From Macrostomum lignano (Eukaryota), in contig NIVC01000296.1 in the NCBI GenBank assembly GCA_002269645.1, forward strand, positions 434,001-498,000: a DNA stretch of 64,000 bases, in the 5' to 3' direction. The notes under the pieces were generated by a model. It saw only the letters and a program-made list of their open reading frames with translations. It searched no databases and had not been told where the DNA came from. Positions 1-13,616 of this stretch are shown piece by piece. Each line of letters starts with the position of its first letter. The stretch's first letter is position 1. Both the position numbers and the translations under genes were made by a program.

Positions 1-61
1 TAGGCATTGAGTGCCACAGATGGATTCTACACTGTCTATAGAATGCTATTCATGCTTGGGC

Positions 62-211
62 GCAACCTTTGGATTCACTTGACCTTTATTATTGGCAACA
101 CACATGTATGTTGCTATTGGACAGAATAGTAGTCACGTGACTGCTCTCAGCCAATAGCGAATTACATGTGTGTGTTGTCAATAGAAATGGCTGGGTGATT
201 CCCAAGGTTGC
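62..211. repeat. ~150-bp imperfect palindrome (MITE-like foldback)
   Basis: Three nested inverted arms: gcaacctttggattcac (62-78) vs gtgattcccaaggttgc; attggcaacacacatgta vs tacatgtgtgtgttgtcaat; gctattgg vs ccaatagc. The centre is the perfect palindrome agtcacgtgact. Confidence 0.6.
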
Positions 212-960
212 ACATATATGATGCTATTTATAGCTGCATTCTTCAAATTGGAACAGTTAGCAGCAAAAATTCTTAATGCCTAATCAGTGACATTCTTATC
301 AATTATTGCTGGCTAGTAGCACATTGCAACCACAGCAAGAAAGTTATACATTGTAGGAAGTTACAGAAAATTTACAAGCTATAGATATGGATATAAAATA
401 GACTATGGGAAATTTTTTGAGATATGGCTATAGATATTAATATAGGAAAATTTTGCTTATAGTGAACTTCTATTATAAATTACAGAACAAATCTTTTGGT
501 TTATAGAAACTTTTATAATTCAAAGTTAAACACAAATATTGTATAACGATTCTAATATGCAGAAATCAATTATCTTTATATTGTCTAAATTTATTTTAAA
601 TTTGTAGTTTAAAAATGATGCAAATAACTTTTTTATCATTCAATAATTTTTAATATCTTGCTATATCATATAGACTATTCTAAAAAGTTTCAGCAATCAA
701 AAATTATTTTACTGATCATATTAATTGAATTTAATAAATTACTAAATCAAAAGTACTACCTACCTTGAAACTCATTCAAAACTTTTTTGTCCTTTGCAAA
801 TGTGTTATTTCTTGATGCATATTAAGTAGAGACTAAGTTCTATAATTATATATTAACTGCTATGAGTATATTGATATTGCTATATGATGCATTATTTAGT
901 TAATCTTACTAAAAAGCTAGGCTTATTTATAAATCTAATATGTTGGCTCATATCCATATA

Positions 961-1735
961 GCAAATATCAAGCAATGCAAATTTCAGGCTAAGCAAATGC
1001 CAGGCTAAGCAAATATCAAGCAATGCAAATTTCAGGCTAAGCAAATACCAGGCTAAGCAAATGTCAGGCTATGCAAATGTCAGGCTAAGCAAATGCCAGG
1101 CTAAGCAAATGCCAGGCTAAGCAAATGCCAGGCTAAGCAAATGTCAGGCTATGCAAATGTCAGGCAATGCAAATGTCAGGCAATGCAAATGTCAGGCTAA
1201 GCAAATGTCAGGCTAAGCAAATGTCAGGCAATGCAAATTTCAGGCTAAGCAAATGCCAGGCTAAGCAAATGTCAGGCTAAGCAAATGCCAGGCTAAGCAA
1301 ATTTCAGGCTAAGCAAATGCCAGGCTAAGCAAATGTCAGGCTAAGCAAATGTCAGGCTAAGCAAATGCCAGGCTAAGCAAATGCCAGGCTAAGCAAATTT
1401 CAGGCTAAGCAAATGCCAGGCTAAGCAAATGTCAGGCTAAGCAAATGTCAGGCTAAGCAAATGTCAGGCAATGCAAATGCCAGGCTAAGCAAATGCCAGG
1501 CTAAGCAAATGCCAGGCTAAGCAAATGCCAGGCTAAGCAAATGCCAGGCTAAGCAAATGTCAGGCTAAGCAAATGTCAGGCTAAGCAAATGTCAGGCAAT
1601 GCAAATGTCAGGCAATGCAAATGTCAGGCTAAGCAAATGCCAGGCTAAGCAAATGTCAGGCTAAGCAAATGCCAGGCTAAGCATTTGTCAGGCTAAGCAA
1701 AAGTCAGGCAATGCAAATGCCAGGCTAAGCAAACG
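961..1735. repeat. 16-bp minisatellite (CAGGCTAAGCAAATGC)n
   Basis: Directly visible tandem array with period 16, just upstream of COX16. Confidence 0.95.
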
Positions 1736-1832
1736 CATTATAGTATCTGTGAGTAGTCTGCAGTGCAATGCAATTTTTGCTGTTTTGCTGCCAAACCCAG
1801 CTAGACTGCAAGAATCTCCTTAGAAAGCAGCA

Positions 1833-2141
1833 ATGATACCGGGCAAGGGCAGCAGTTTTTATTCTTTAATCCGGCCCGGCCTGCCGTTCATAGGAGGCCT
1901 GGTGGCCCTGGCTTTCATGGTGGGGTCAATGGCCGACACTCGGCACAGGCTGCATCGAATTAAAAGCTTGCAAAGCAACGCTTATTACGACGCGTCAATG
2001 AAGATACCAGATGCGCCGAAGATGCTGAACGACATGCTTGGCAATCGCGACATCGATAATTGGGACAATCTGCGCGGACCCCGACCGTGGGAGGACAGTC
2101 GGGCCATGCAGACCGAGCAGCGCAAAGTTCAGTCCAAGTGA
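1833..2141 (+). CDS. COX16: Cytochrome c oxidase assembly protein COX16 homolog (102 aa, single exon)
   Basis: N-terminal G-x-PF hydrophobic helix and C-terminal DNWDNLRGPRPWED, matching the COX16 signature (human DDWKNIRGPRPWED). Length is typical for the family. Confidence 0.88.
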   Translation: MIPGKGSSFYSLIRPGLPFIGGLVALAFMVGSMADTRHRLHRIKSLQSNAYYDASMKIPDAPKMLNDMLGNRDIDNWDNLRGPRPWEDSRAMQTEQRKVQSK

Positions 2142-2508
2142 TCAGTTGAAGGGCCTGGTGCCAAATAATGGCGTCATCAGCTCTTACATTATTGAATGAC
2201 GAGGTCTGTTTCTTCCCCAAGAAGTTCATATCGTGCCATATTGGACAACTCGGGTAAAAGGACTCTACAGTCGCAATTCCTAAGTTTTCTGCCTGTTCTG
2301 TCTGTAGAATCCTACTCATTTAATTACGTAATAATGAACACCTTCACATGGATTTACCTGAATCCCCATAGTTAATTATAGAATTTAAATCAGAATAAGA
2401 AATTTACAGAATATTGTTTATGAACAAGGGAACACAGCTTTTTAATTAATTTAGTGATATAAGAACTTATTAGAATCTAAATTAAAATTAGTTAACACTG
2501 ATTCTGAA

Positions 2509-2968
2509 CCATATATACTTGAATAACTAGATGGGCCGCTCAGCACATTTGCATGTAAGCTACTTTCAGTTCAGTAGCAAGTTAAACAGAAGCATTTTAA
2601 TGTATTTTTAAAGCCAAGGCTCAATTTATTGGCTCTTACCCACCCCCCCCCCGCATAAACTTCGGCCTCTAGCCGCGCCTTTCCACCCCACCCCAATTTT
2701 TATTGCCTTTCTCGGAATTCCAGCCTAAAGCTGCCATGTACATTTCAGTGGACTGGCTAATGTACATTATTGCTGAACCAATTAGCAAGCTGTTTACGCC
2801 TGCAAGCTTTTGTTGGGCTTCTGAACTTATCAAAGTTAGTTCAGCTGCCTTTTTTTATAAAATTAGCTTATGTAGTCTTTGCTACTGAACTGAAAGTAGA
2901 AAACTGTTTTGCTAAGTTCACTAAGTATATATGCCTGAGTGGCTCATCTAGTCATTCTAGAATCTGTG
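2509..2968 (-). mobile_element. MITE family A, copy 1 (~450 bp, terminal inverted repeats)
   Basis: TIR gaataactagatgggccgctcag ... ctgagtggctcatctagtcattc, plus sub-terminal inverted ctactttcagttcagtagc. Closely similar to 43003-43466 and 61110-61551, in opposite orientation. Confidence 0.85.
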
Positions 2969-3368
2969 CACTAGAATCAGAGGCAGACGAATCAGTTATA
3001 TTTGTCCCTAATTTCTGAAGCCCATTTTCTCATTAATGGCTTGCAGTCTCCAATCATCGATTGTCCGTTGTATATAAAATAGAGCTCCTGTCCTAGAAAA
3101 GTAAATGTCCCGAATGAACTGTTGGACTCTGTGGACTGGGGCGCATTTCATGATTTTTTTATTTTATATGACAAATACACCTTTAAATACGGTACTCGTA
3201 CACTGCCGGCCGCCATCTTATTGGTATTGGCATTGTTTTTTTCTGAATTGAGAAATTAACCTTAAGGTCTCCATTGCTACTATAAGTAACTGAAATAGGA
3301 TATTACTGTTTTTTAGCCATGTTTTGTAAAACGTTGCATTTCTCTTGTGGGTGCACGCAAATCGACTG

Positions 3369-3650
3369 CCACAATTTAACTGCGGATAATTTGACAATTT
3401 CACTGTGGACAATGTCACTGGGGGGGGGAATTTGACTGCGGACAATTTCACTGGGGGGGGGGCAATTTGACTGCGGACAATTTCACTGGGGGGCAATTTG
3501 ACTGCGGACAATTTCACTGGGGGGCAATTTGACTGCGGACAATTTCACTGCGGACAATGTCACTGGGGGCAATTTGACTGTGGACAATTTCACTGGGGGC
3601 AATTTGACTGTGGATAAAATTACTGCAGAAAATATGACTGTGGACTGCGG
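3369..3650. repeat. ~30-bp tandem repeat (GCAATTTGACTGCGGACAATTTCACTGGGG)
   Basis: Visible degenerate tandem copies. Confidence 0.85.
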
Positions 3651-4355
3651 AAAATCGACTGCTTCAAAAAAGACTCCATGCTATTTATGCATGCTCGCAT
3701 TATATGCAAGGCTAACAACGCTCTTTACACAAGCAAAAATGCAAGCTACTTTAGCTTTTGACTAATAGCTTTTCTGATGGCACAGGTATATGGATTGCAT
3801 TTTAAAAAAACTCTGAAAGATTCTATTTAGAAAGATTCTAAAATATGGAAGTCTGGGAATAATATTAGGTGTAGTAAATTTATAAATTCTCAGTGGGATT
3901 TGTTAATGTTTTGAGAAATCTCAATTTATCTTTGTATTTAAACGTTGTTGTTGTGACGACTAAATGGCATCAGTATGATACTTCACCGAACTACGCATAC
4001 ATGTAGACGTAAAAAAGTGTGACAACGTGCTAATCTTCAAGAGTGTCATTTTGTCTGTAGTGTACATAGCTTTGAAAGTTAAAATGGATTAGTTCGATTA
4101 AATTGCTTGCTTGCATTAGTAATGCCAACGCTGTGCTAAAAATAGACTAGCGGAGAGAGGGATTCCCCAGCCCTCCGGCCGGATTGCAACACACATGACG
4201 CTTGTTGCTAAAAATAGATTCCGCCTTGCATGGCCTATTTAAATGCAGTGAGCGGGCGCAAGTGACAAGACTGCTAAGGTTAGAGAGGCATTAAAAGAAA
4301 TTCGCGTTTGATTTTGTTCTGCCATATTCTAAGCATTCTTGCAATACTTCCAGTC

Positions 4356-4533
4356 ATGTCATTATCATCTTTCGAGCCCCACACAAAGCAGCAGGTGCTA
4401 GAAGAGATTAGCGCAATTACCGAACAGCTTAGCGTCCGTTGTCGAGTGATTGATAATGTCGGCTCATTCCAGTTTGTAGTCAGCCTGGCCTGCGACCGGT
4501 CACCGCAGCTGGCCGTTAAATTGCAACTGACTG
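4356..4533 (+). CDS. LENG9: LENG9-like protein, exon 1 (N-terminal half of RWD domain)
   Basis: ATG at 4356 (MSLSSFEPHTKQQVLEEISAI...LAVKLQLT) and donor g|gtgaga at 4534. A phase-1 join to 5243 gives LTDQYPLEPPCVSV, the RWD YPxxxP motif. Confidence 0.75.
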
Positions 4534-4813
4534 GTGAGATATTAAATATTGTATACTGGTGTTAATTGGTGCCATAATAATAGGTTCAGATGGGTTAAAG
4601 ATTTTTTCATGATGGTGGAATTAGGGGTTCCAAATTTAGGCTGAGAAATACAGAGATTTCGAGATCGGGATTCCCTTCCACTTCTTTTGTCATGCTACGA
4701 GCGTAATTGTAATTTAAAAAAACTCTGAACTGTCGCTACGACAATTGACTGCCGAACGTAATTCTAAATTACGAGTAACCTACACCCTTACCAGGGCCTA
4801 TATGTACCTTATA

Positions 4814-5110
4814 CCTTAATTCCTAAACCCTGCACTAAACCTTAATTCCTAAACCCTACACTAAACCTTAATTCCTAAACCCTGCACTAAACCTTAATTC
4901 CTAACCCTGCACTAAACCTTAATTCCTAAACCCTACACTAAACCTTAATTTCTAAACCCTACACTAAACCCTAATTCCTAAACCCAGCACTAAACCTTAA
5001 TTCCTAAACCCTACACTAAACCCTACACTAAACCTTAATTTCTAAACCCTACACTAAACCCTAATTCCTAAACCCTACACTAAACCTTAATTCCTAAACC
5101 CTGCACTAAA
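4814..5110. repeat. 26-bp intronic minisatellite (TAAACCCTACACTAAACCTTAATTCC)n
   Basis: Period 26, inside LENG9-like intron 1. Confidence 0.92.
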
Positions 5111-5242
5111 TTCTTCCCTGCCTGAGCGACTGTCATGTTGATACAAGCATAAGCAGTGGTTGGTAGTACAGTAAGTAGTATGTAGCGCACATGTAAAAGC
5201 TAAATTATTTAGAGATTCGATTCCATCGCACCAACACGGCAG

Positions 5243-6288
5243 ACCAATACCCGTTGGAGCCGCCCTGCGTGTCGGTCCGCTCCGCCCCAGCTACGGAAGC
5301 CGAACTGGCCGCACTGGCCAACTCGCTGCGCGGCCGAGCCATGCTGCAACAGCTGGCCGCTGCCGCCTTCCCTGCGGGGACTGCTGCTCTGTCAGCTGTG
5401 AATGAAGCCGCGGAAGTCTCCAACAGCAAGCAGGCGGCCGCCCCGCCGTCCCGCCAGCGTCGCTACGAGTCCGCCCGCACCAAGCGACGCCGGCGAGCCG
5501 CCGCGGCCGCCGCAGCCGACGAGTCCAAGCAGGCGGCCAGTTTTAAGGCCAAACTGAAGCCAATGAAAACCGCCGACGATGTCTTGAAGCGAATCCAATG
5601 GGACGAGGGCATTCCGGCCCAGGACATCTTCATCGGCTATCTGGACAGGTTCAAAGGCGTAGTTGAAAAACAATTCGACGAATTCAGCTGGGAGGACATC
5701 GCCAGCGTCGACTATTACACGTTCGTGATCCCCCGGCACCGGATTTGCTACTTCAAGTACAGGCGCGCGGTCATCTGGGACAAGCGGCGCCGGCTTGACC
5801 TGGTGTTCGGCTCCACGGCCACTGCCGACGATGTCGCTGAAGGCGCCGACATCTACAAGCTCATCGCCAACTACCGGGACGAGGACTATCCGGACGGCGA
5901 GGCGTCCATGGCCTCGGCCGCGTCGTCCTCAAACTCGGAGGCTGACGAATCCGACGAATCTGATGAATCTGACGACGACGGCGTCCAGGTGCGGCTCGAC
6001 CGGCGCATCGTCGAGTCCGCAGCTCAGCGGTGCGGCGATGACGGCGACAGTCTGAGCGAAGGCGAGGACCAGGCCCAACTGTCCGGCACCGCCAAGGTCT
6101 ACTGGCGCGACCTGCTGCGCCCAAATTTCTTTGTCTGCGTCCGGGTTGTCGATCCGGCCGTCGCCTCCGCCGCTGCCGCCGTGCAGGCCAGCATCGTCCG
6201 GCAGCAGCCCGCCTTCGCCTCCTGCTGCATCCCGCCGGAGATGCTGCACTGCACCCTGGCCACCCTGCGGCTGGACTCCGCAGAGCAG
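5243..6288 (+). CDS. LENG9: LENG9-like protein, exon 2 (end of RWD, MJ1316/DUF504 domain, acidic linker, start of AKAP7-like 2H phosphoesterase)
   Basis: Acceptor ggcag| at 5242. MKTADDVLKRIQWD...IGYLDRFKG...IPRHRICYFKY...WDKRRRLDLVFGS is an MJ1316 signature. LRPNFFVCVRV and the first HxT motif (LHCTL) follow. Donor cag|gtgagg at 6289. Confidence 0.9.
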
Positions 6289-6296
6289 GTGAGGAT

Positions 6297-7880
<1,584 letters not shown>

Positions 7881-7904
7881 ACTGTCACTCAATCATTCAA
7901 TCAG

Positions 7905-8360
7905 GTGTCCGCCTGCTCCGCTGCCCTGTCCGCCGCCCGCTCCGAGCTGCTGGCCAGCCTGCCGCGGGAGCCGCTCCGCCTGCGCGGCCTCGGCTGTTTC
8001 TTCGGCCGGGTGCTGCACGCCCGAGTCGACCCGGCGCCCGCCGGCCTGACCGACTTTGTCGACCACCTGCAGGCGGTGATCCGGGCCGCCGGGCTGCAGG
8101 TGCTGGAGACGCACGAGTTCGTGCCGCACGTCACTCTGCTGAAGACCTCCCGACCGGTGTCCCGGCAGCTGGGCTCGCGCCTCATCCCGCCGCGCCTCTA
8201 CGCCGGCTCCGAGGGCGTCGATTTTGGCGAACAACCGCTGGACGCCGTCTACCTGTGCAGCATGGAGAAGGCGCGCGGACCGGACGGATTCTATGTGGCC
8301 CCAGGCTGCGTGCAGTTCGTGCGCACCGTGCTGGAGCAGGCGGCGCCCAGCCACGACTGA
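7905..8360 (+). CDS. LENG9: LENG9-like protein, exon 3 (C-terminal 2H phosphoesterase)
   Basis: Acceptor tcag| at 7904, phase 0. Contains the second HxT motif (FVPHVTLLK) and LCSM...DGFY, typical of AKAP7-like domains. Joined CDS 178+1046+456=1680 nt = 559 aa + stop. Confidence 0.9.
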   Translation: MSACSAALSAARSELLASLPREPLRLRGLGCFFGRVLHARVDPAPAGLTDFVDHLQAVIRAAGLQVLETHEFVPHVTLLKTSRPVSRQLGSRLIPPRLYAGSEGVDFGEQPLDAVYLCSMEKARGPDGFYVAPGCVQFVRTVLEQAAPSHD

Positions 8361-8419
8361 CTGCTTCACGAGTTAACCTAATCTAATGTACCGCACCGGT
8401 CCACCATCGACTTCCGTTT

Positions 8420-8735
8420 AGCTGCTTCTTCCGCCCCCTTATCCGCTTCTTCCGCCCCCTTTATCCGCTTCTTCCGCCCCTTATCCGCTTCTTCCGCCCC
8501 TTATCCGCTTCTTTCGCCCCCTTATCCGCTTCTTTCGCCCCCTTATCCGCTTCTTCCGCCCCCTTTATCCGCTTCCTCCGCCCACTTATCCGCTTCTTCC
8601 ACCCCCTTGTCCGCTTCTTCCGCCCACTTATCCACTTCTTCCGCCCCCTTATCCGCTTCTTCCGCCTCCTATCTGGTTATTCCGCCCCCTTATCCGCTTC
8701 TTCTGCCCCTTTGTCCGCTTCTTCCGCCCCGCAGC
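8420..8735. repeat. ~20-21-bp pyrimidine-rich tandem repeat (CCCTTATCCGCTTCTTCCGC)
   Basis: Visible array directly downstream of the LENG9-like stop codon. Confidence 0.88.
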
Positions 8736-10373
8736 CGCTTATTCTTCCCCTTAGAATTCCAAATATTGTCTCCCCATCCGTTCCCCTATTATTTTTTAAG
8801 CTCTTCTTTGTACCCATTTCCATTGGAAATTTTTATTATTTCCAATCAAAGAAATAAAAATTAATATCATTAAAACAACTATACATTCCTGTTATGTATT
8901 TTGTGAGGATTTCTTGTACCAGGGGCTTCACTTCTGTCCCTACAAATGATTCCACAGCTGTCACCAAGTTGTAACAGTGGTGATTCCTATACACTGAGAA
9001 TCTCACCGCTGAGACACTAAGTTGTAACAGGCCTTTTGACTCCCTATGAGAATCCCTCCGTTATGTCACCAAGTTGTTATAGGGGGGATTCTTCCTTCTT
9101 AATAATTTCTCACTGCTGTTACCAAAGTTGTAATAAAGCTGTTTCTCCTTAACAATTCTACTGGTTGTTAATTGTATTTCTACTGGTAGCGCATGTACTT
9201 CTATTGGTAGCGTATGTACTTCTATTGGTAGCGTATGTACTTCTATTGTACTTTCTGGCCTGAGCGGTCTATCGGCACTGTCTATTCTATTCCTATACTT
9301 CCCCGAAAAATATTATTCTCTCAGTCCTGGCGTTCCCGGGATCAGAGGGTCACAGCTCTATGCGTTTTCCCTGCCCTGAGGCGATCTTTCCCTCGCTCTG
9401 AGGCGGTTCTTCTGCCCTGAGGCGAATTTACTATTACTGCCCTGAGGCGATCTCTCGCTGTTAGCGGTCTTCCCCAAATCGGGGGTAATACTTATAGAAA
9501 TGAACAATGCAAATAAGAATGCTTAAAGATTTCTTATTGAGTGAACTTATTGCTTCAATATTATTCGAGCAAGCGAATGAAGCGAGCAAGTTGCTCGTCT
9601 TGGCCCCATCTGGGCTCCTATTTATACCATTTCGTATATATATATTTAAAACAAACTTTGATTTTCTACAATATTATTTGCGCACACAACGTTAAAACAA
9701 AAATATTACTATTTGGCGGAAATTTGAATATGGTAATTTCTAAGAAAGCAATTGTTCGTGTAAACTAAAAATAAAGCCATATTTCATACTGTAAAGCAGA
9801 TATATTACACTGCCTCATTCTCTTAATTATTTTGGCTGAGGACATCGATGTACTGGGCCTTACTGTGCCATCTATTGGTCAAAAAATAATATCATATGAT
9901 TATACGAGCAGCATTATTGCAGCTTTTTACTTTCTTTCACTTAAACAAGAATGTTGCCTGTGATTGTCTATGCTCTTTCATTTATTTAGTCCAGTTTTAT
10001 AGAGGTCAAAATTTCATATTCTCACTATAAGGAGTAACGAAAAGATGAAAACTTTCTCATGCAAACCAAATTCTAGTTTGTTGTTTTACTATTTTGTACT
10101 TATTTTTTACAAATATACTACATTAACTACTTAAAGTGAAGTGGCAATCATTTTTATGCCTATTTTTATTCCAGTAATAAATATAGATGTCTTTCCTGCT
10201 ATTAAATAAATCTTTTCGATACATATCGGACAGTTCTAAGTGAAGCGTGTATACACTGTTAAGGTACTGCCATTAACGATTAGCAATTATTGCATACTAT
10301 TCTGCACAAATTGGCGTTATCCTTACCGGCTGAAGAAAGCAGCAGTAGAAAAAATGTTTTTATTTAAAAAAGA

Positions 10374-10445
10374 AGGTCCCACCGAGATTCGAACTCGGGT
10401 CGCAGGATTCAGAGTCCTGAGTGCTAACCGCTACACCATGGGACC
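10374..10445 (-). tRNA. tRNA-Gln (anticodon CTG)
   Basis: Reverse complement GGTCCCATGGTGTAGCGGTTAGCACTCAGGACTCTGAATCCTGCGACCCGAGTTCGAATCTCGGTGGGACCT: 72 nt, paired acceptor stem, canonical D and T loops. A T6 Pol III terminator follows (A run 10366-10371). Confidence 0.95.
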
Positions 10446-10509
10446 GCTATCAAATGCAGAGTTACTGTTGCTTCATTATTTGTACACAGATGTCTACCAA
10501 GGGAAAAAT

Positions 10510-13500
10510 CTAGGGTAATCCCCTTCCAGTAGCTTCGGTAGTTGCCCCCTTGGTGGCTGTCGGACGCCTGGATGAGGCGCTATCCACACGGCAGCTTCAT
10601 CAACGTCGGCCTTTGGAAGCTGCGCATCCGCTCCTACGAGGCCAACCCTCCCCGTGGCAGTGAGCAGGGCGGGCGGGATGCTGAGGCGGCCGGGGCCGAG
10701 GCGCGAGCTTCTGCTCAGGCTGCCAAAGCAAACCGCCCCACCCGGCAGCACGGCCGCGCGGGTAAAGCTGAGCGCGCTGCTGAGGGCGGAGGCGACCGAC
10801 GCCCGGCGCGCAGCACCAAGCGGCGCGGCCTGTACCAGCGCGCAGCTGAGGCGGTCCGTACCGCCAAAATCACCCAGCTGAGGCGAGAGGTCGCCGGGAC
10901 GCCTAGGCGCACCAGCTCGTCCAGGGAGGGTGGGGACAACCCAGCTGGGCCCAACCCCTCGGGGCAGGGCCGACTGGAGACGGACCCGCCTGCCCAGGCG
11001 GCTGGCAGCTCCAGGGCATTGGGCCAGTCTGAAGCGGAGGACCCCATGGCTGGTAGGCGAAGGGCGGCGAACGCTGCCTATTGCCTTCCGACCAATCGGG
11101 GGCCTTTTGCTGAAGAAGAGCCCATGGACACCGGCGACCCCGACCCGAAGCTGGTGAGCGCCGAGGAGGAGGAGGAACTCCTGGCGACTGCAACACCCGA
11201 TCTGCACTGATGCCAGCGGCTACCTGGTGTCTGCAGATCAACACCCAGCACTGCGTGGCGGCGTCAGTCAACCTGATGCGCACGACAGAGCAACAGCTTC
11301 CGGGCCTGGTCTTCGTGCAGGAGCCCTGGATGACTAGGTGTAAGCCAAATAATGTGCCATCTGGCTACCACTGTTTTTGCATGGCGGACTCTCAGCCTCG
11401 CCCAAGATCTCTGGTCTTTGCTGCAAAAGCTTTTGAGGCATGGATGAGACCTGATCTCTCGACTGGGGACATCTGTGTTGTTCAAATCAATAACCTCATT
11501 CCAAATAAACCTGTGCTGGTAGCTTCTGCCTATTTCCCGGGCGATGCCCCAGTTGTCTGCGACGCGTTAGTCAACCTTACTGACTATGCTGCGTCCCATC
11601 GATTCGAGCTGCTCATTGCAGGGGATGTGAACGCACACCACCTGCATTGGGGCAACAGGAACCCCAATAACAGAGGCGAGGAGCTGCTGGCCTATGTCAG
11701 CAGCACAAACCTCAATTTCTGTAACGTGGGCAATGAACGAACGTTCAGGGGGGCCGTAGCGCAGCGGTAGCGCAGCTGCTCTGGTGTGCCAGCGACCCAG
11801 GCTCGATTCCAAGTGCAGTCACATTAATTTGGGGCTGAATTGGAATCTCGGCTTGGCTCTGCTAGTGCAATTAACGGCCTTGAGAGCCAACCCCCCCAAG
11901 GCGCAGTGAAGTGTACATGCCTAACGATAATATAAGTTACATGTAGGGCCGCTGTACACTCCTGTGTGAGTGTGTGCCTGCGTACGTATCCGCGCGCTTG
12001 TATGCCTGCTCAGGGGAGTCGGCGGAATGGGCAGTAATGCCTCTCGCCGGTTGTGCGCCAGGGTGCACACAACCCCCCTGTCTCTAAAAAAAAGAGCCAA
12101 TGCCAGAGCTTTCCGCAGTCACGGGCTGGCGAGTGTGGGACGAGGACTCGCTCTCGGACCACCGCTTTATCCGCTTTTGCATTGGGCCGACCAAGCAAAA
12201 GCCCAAGGTCACTTGGAGTCGAAACGTCAGGAATACCGATTGGGCCGCCTAATTTGGCTCGAAGCTGAGCCGCGGCCTTCGCGATCTTGTCCCCCTCCCC
12301 CCCAGTGACCTCTCTGACTGCCAGGTGGTGGATGATCTCGCCTCCTCCCTGGGCGGGGCGATCACCACTGCCTTTGAAGCAGCCTGCCCTCTAAAAGACT
12401 ACAAAGGCAAGAAATCTGCTCCCTGGTGGAACCCAGAGCTCAGGGCCCTTCGGCGCCGAGCCAGGACCCTCCAAAGGCGAGCGCTCAAAACCAAAGACCC
12501 ATCTGAAAGAGAGGCCTATACCCGTGCGATCCACGAGTTTAAGGGCCAAGTCAGAACGGCCAAGACGGCCACGTGGCGCCAATATTGCGAAGGGCTTGAG
12601 GGCTCTCGCCCCGTAGCCCGCGTGGTTAAGGCACTCACTAATGACCGTTTTTCTAAACTGTTGTGAAGAGACCTGATGGCTCGGTCACAGAGAGCTCTGA
12701 AGAGACTCTAGAGCTAATTCTCAACAGTTTCTTCCCTAAATCTCCGACTCAGCAGGGCCCGCCTGACCACACCGTGGGAGGGCAAGGCCTAGCAAAGTCT
12801 ATGATCACCAAAGACCGCATTATTAGAGCGGCAAGGTCCTTTAACCCGTTCAAGGCGCCTGGGCCCGACGGCATCTACCCAGCGTTCTTGCACGAGGCGG
12901 TAAAAAACCACCGCTTCCTGGACCTCCTCTGTCGTCTCCTCCGAGCTTGTGTGGAACTGGGCTATGTACCAGTTACGTGGAGAGAGGCCCTGGTGGTCTT
13001 TATCCCCAAGCCTGGAAAGAGCGACTACCAATCGGTGAAGGCCTTCAGGCCTATCAGCCTTACCTCCTTCTGCCTTAAGCTCCTCGAGAGACTGGTGCTT
13101 TGGCGCCTACTTTCGGTCGAGCTGAAGCGCTTCCCACTCTCGCAGAACCAGCACGCCTTTTGCGCGGGCAGGTCTACCGAGAGTGCCCTCCATGTCATTG
13201 TTGACTTCCTGGAGAGGGCCGTTCTTAACAGCGGCTTTGCCCTCTCGCTTTTCTGGACATTGAGGGGGCCTTCGACAACGTCATCTTCGAGGCCTTCTGC
13301 AGAGCCCTGGAATCCAGGGCCACGCACCATCATCACCTTGTCCGGTGGATCATGTTCATGATCCGAAACCGCACTGTTGTGGCCCACCTGAACGGCAGCT
13401 CTCTCTGGGCGCCTGTCCAGAAAGGGGGCCCCAGGGCGGAGTTCTCACCCCGTTCTCTGGAACATGGTCAAGGATGAGTTGCTTTGCAGTGATCTCCATG

Positions 13501-13616
13501 ACCCCATTCTCAAGGTGGGCTATGCCGATGATGTGACCGCGACATGCGCGGGCCCCTCGGTTGATACCATCAGAGATCTTCTGCAGGGCTTTCTGGGACG
13601 AGCGGAGCGTTGGGCA
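10510..13616 (+). mobile_element. Degenerate non-LTR retrotransposon (LOA/R1-group-like): partial ORF1, APE endonuclease and RT with frameshifts; truncated at both ends
   Basis: Endonuclease motifs LQINTQH, FVQEPW and IAGDVNAHH. After the SINE insertion it resumes with GWRVWDEDSLSDHRFI. RT motifs KAPGPDG, IPKPGKSDY..K.FRPISLTSF, QHAF..GRSTESAL, PQGGVL and GYADD. Several frameshifts and a stop. Clade call is by motif resemblance only. Confidence 0.85.
11750..12093 (+). mobile_element. tRNA-derived SINE inserted in the LINE endonuclease
   Basis: Head GGGGCCGTAGCGCAGCGGTAGCGC (A box) and GCTCGATTCC (B-box-like, 11801-11810), 3' stem-loop ggttgtg...cacaacc, A8 tail at 12086-12093. Interrupts the endonuclease reading frame. 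Confidence 0.75.

Noticed and set aside
10505-10600. HDV-like ribozyme at the LOA-like element's 5' end
   Set aside because: A possible P1 (GGGTAAT/GTTGCCC) exists, but P3, L3 and P1.1 could not be fitted.
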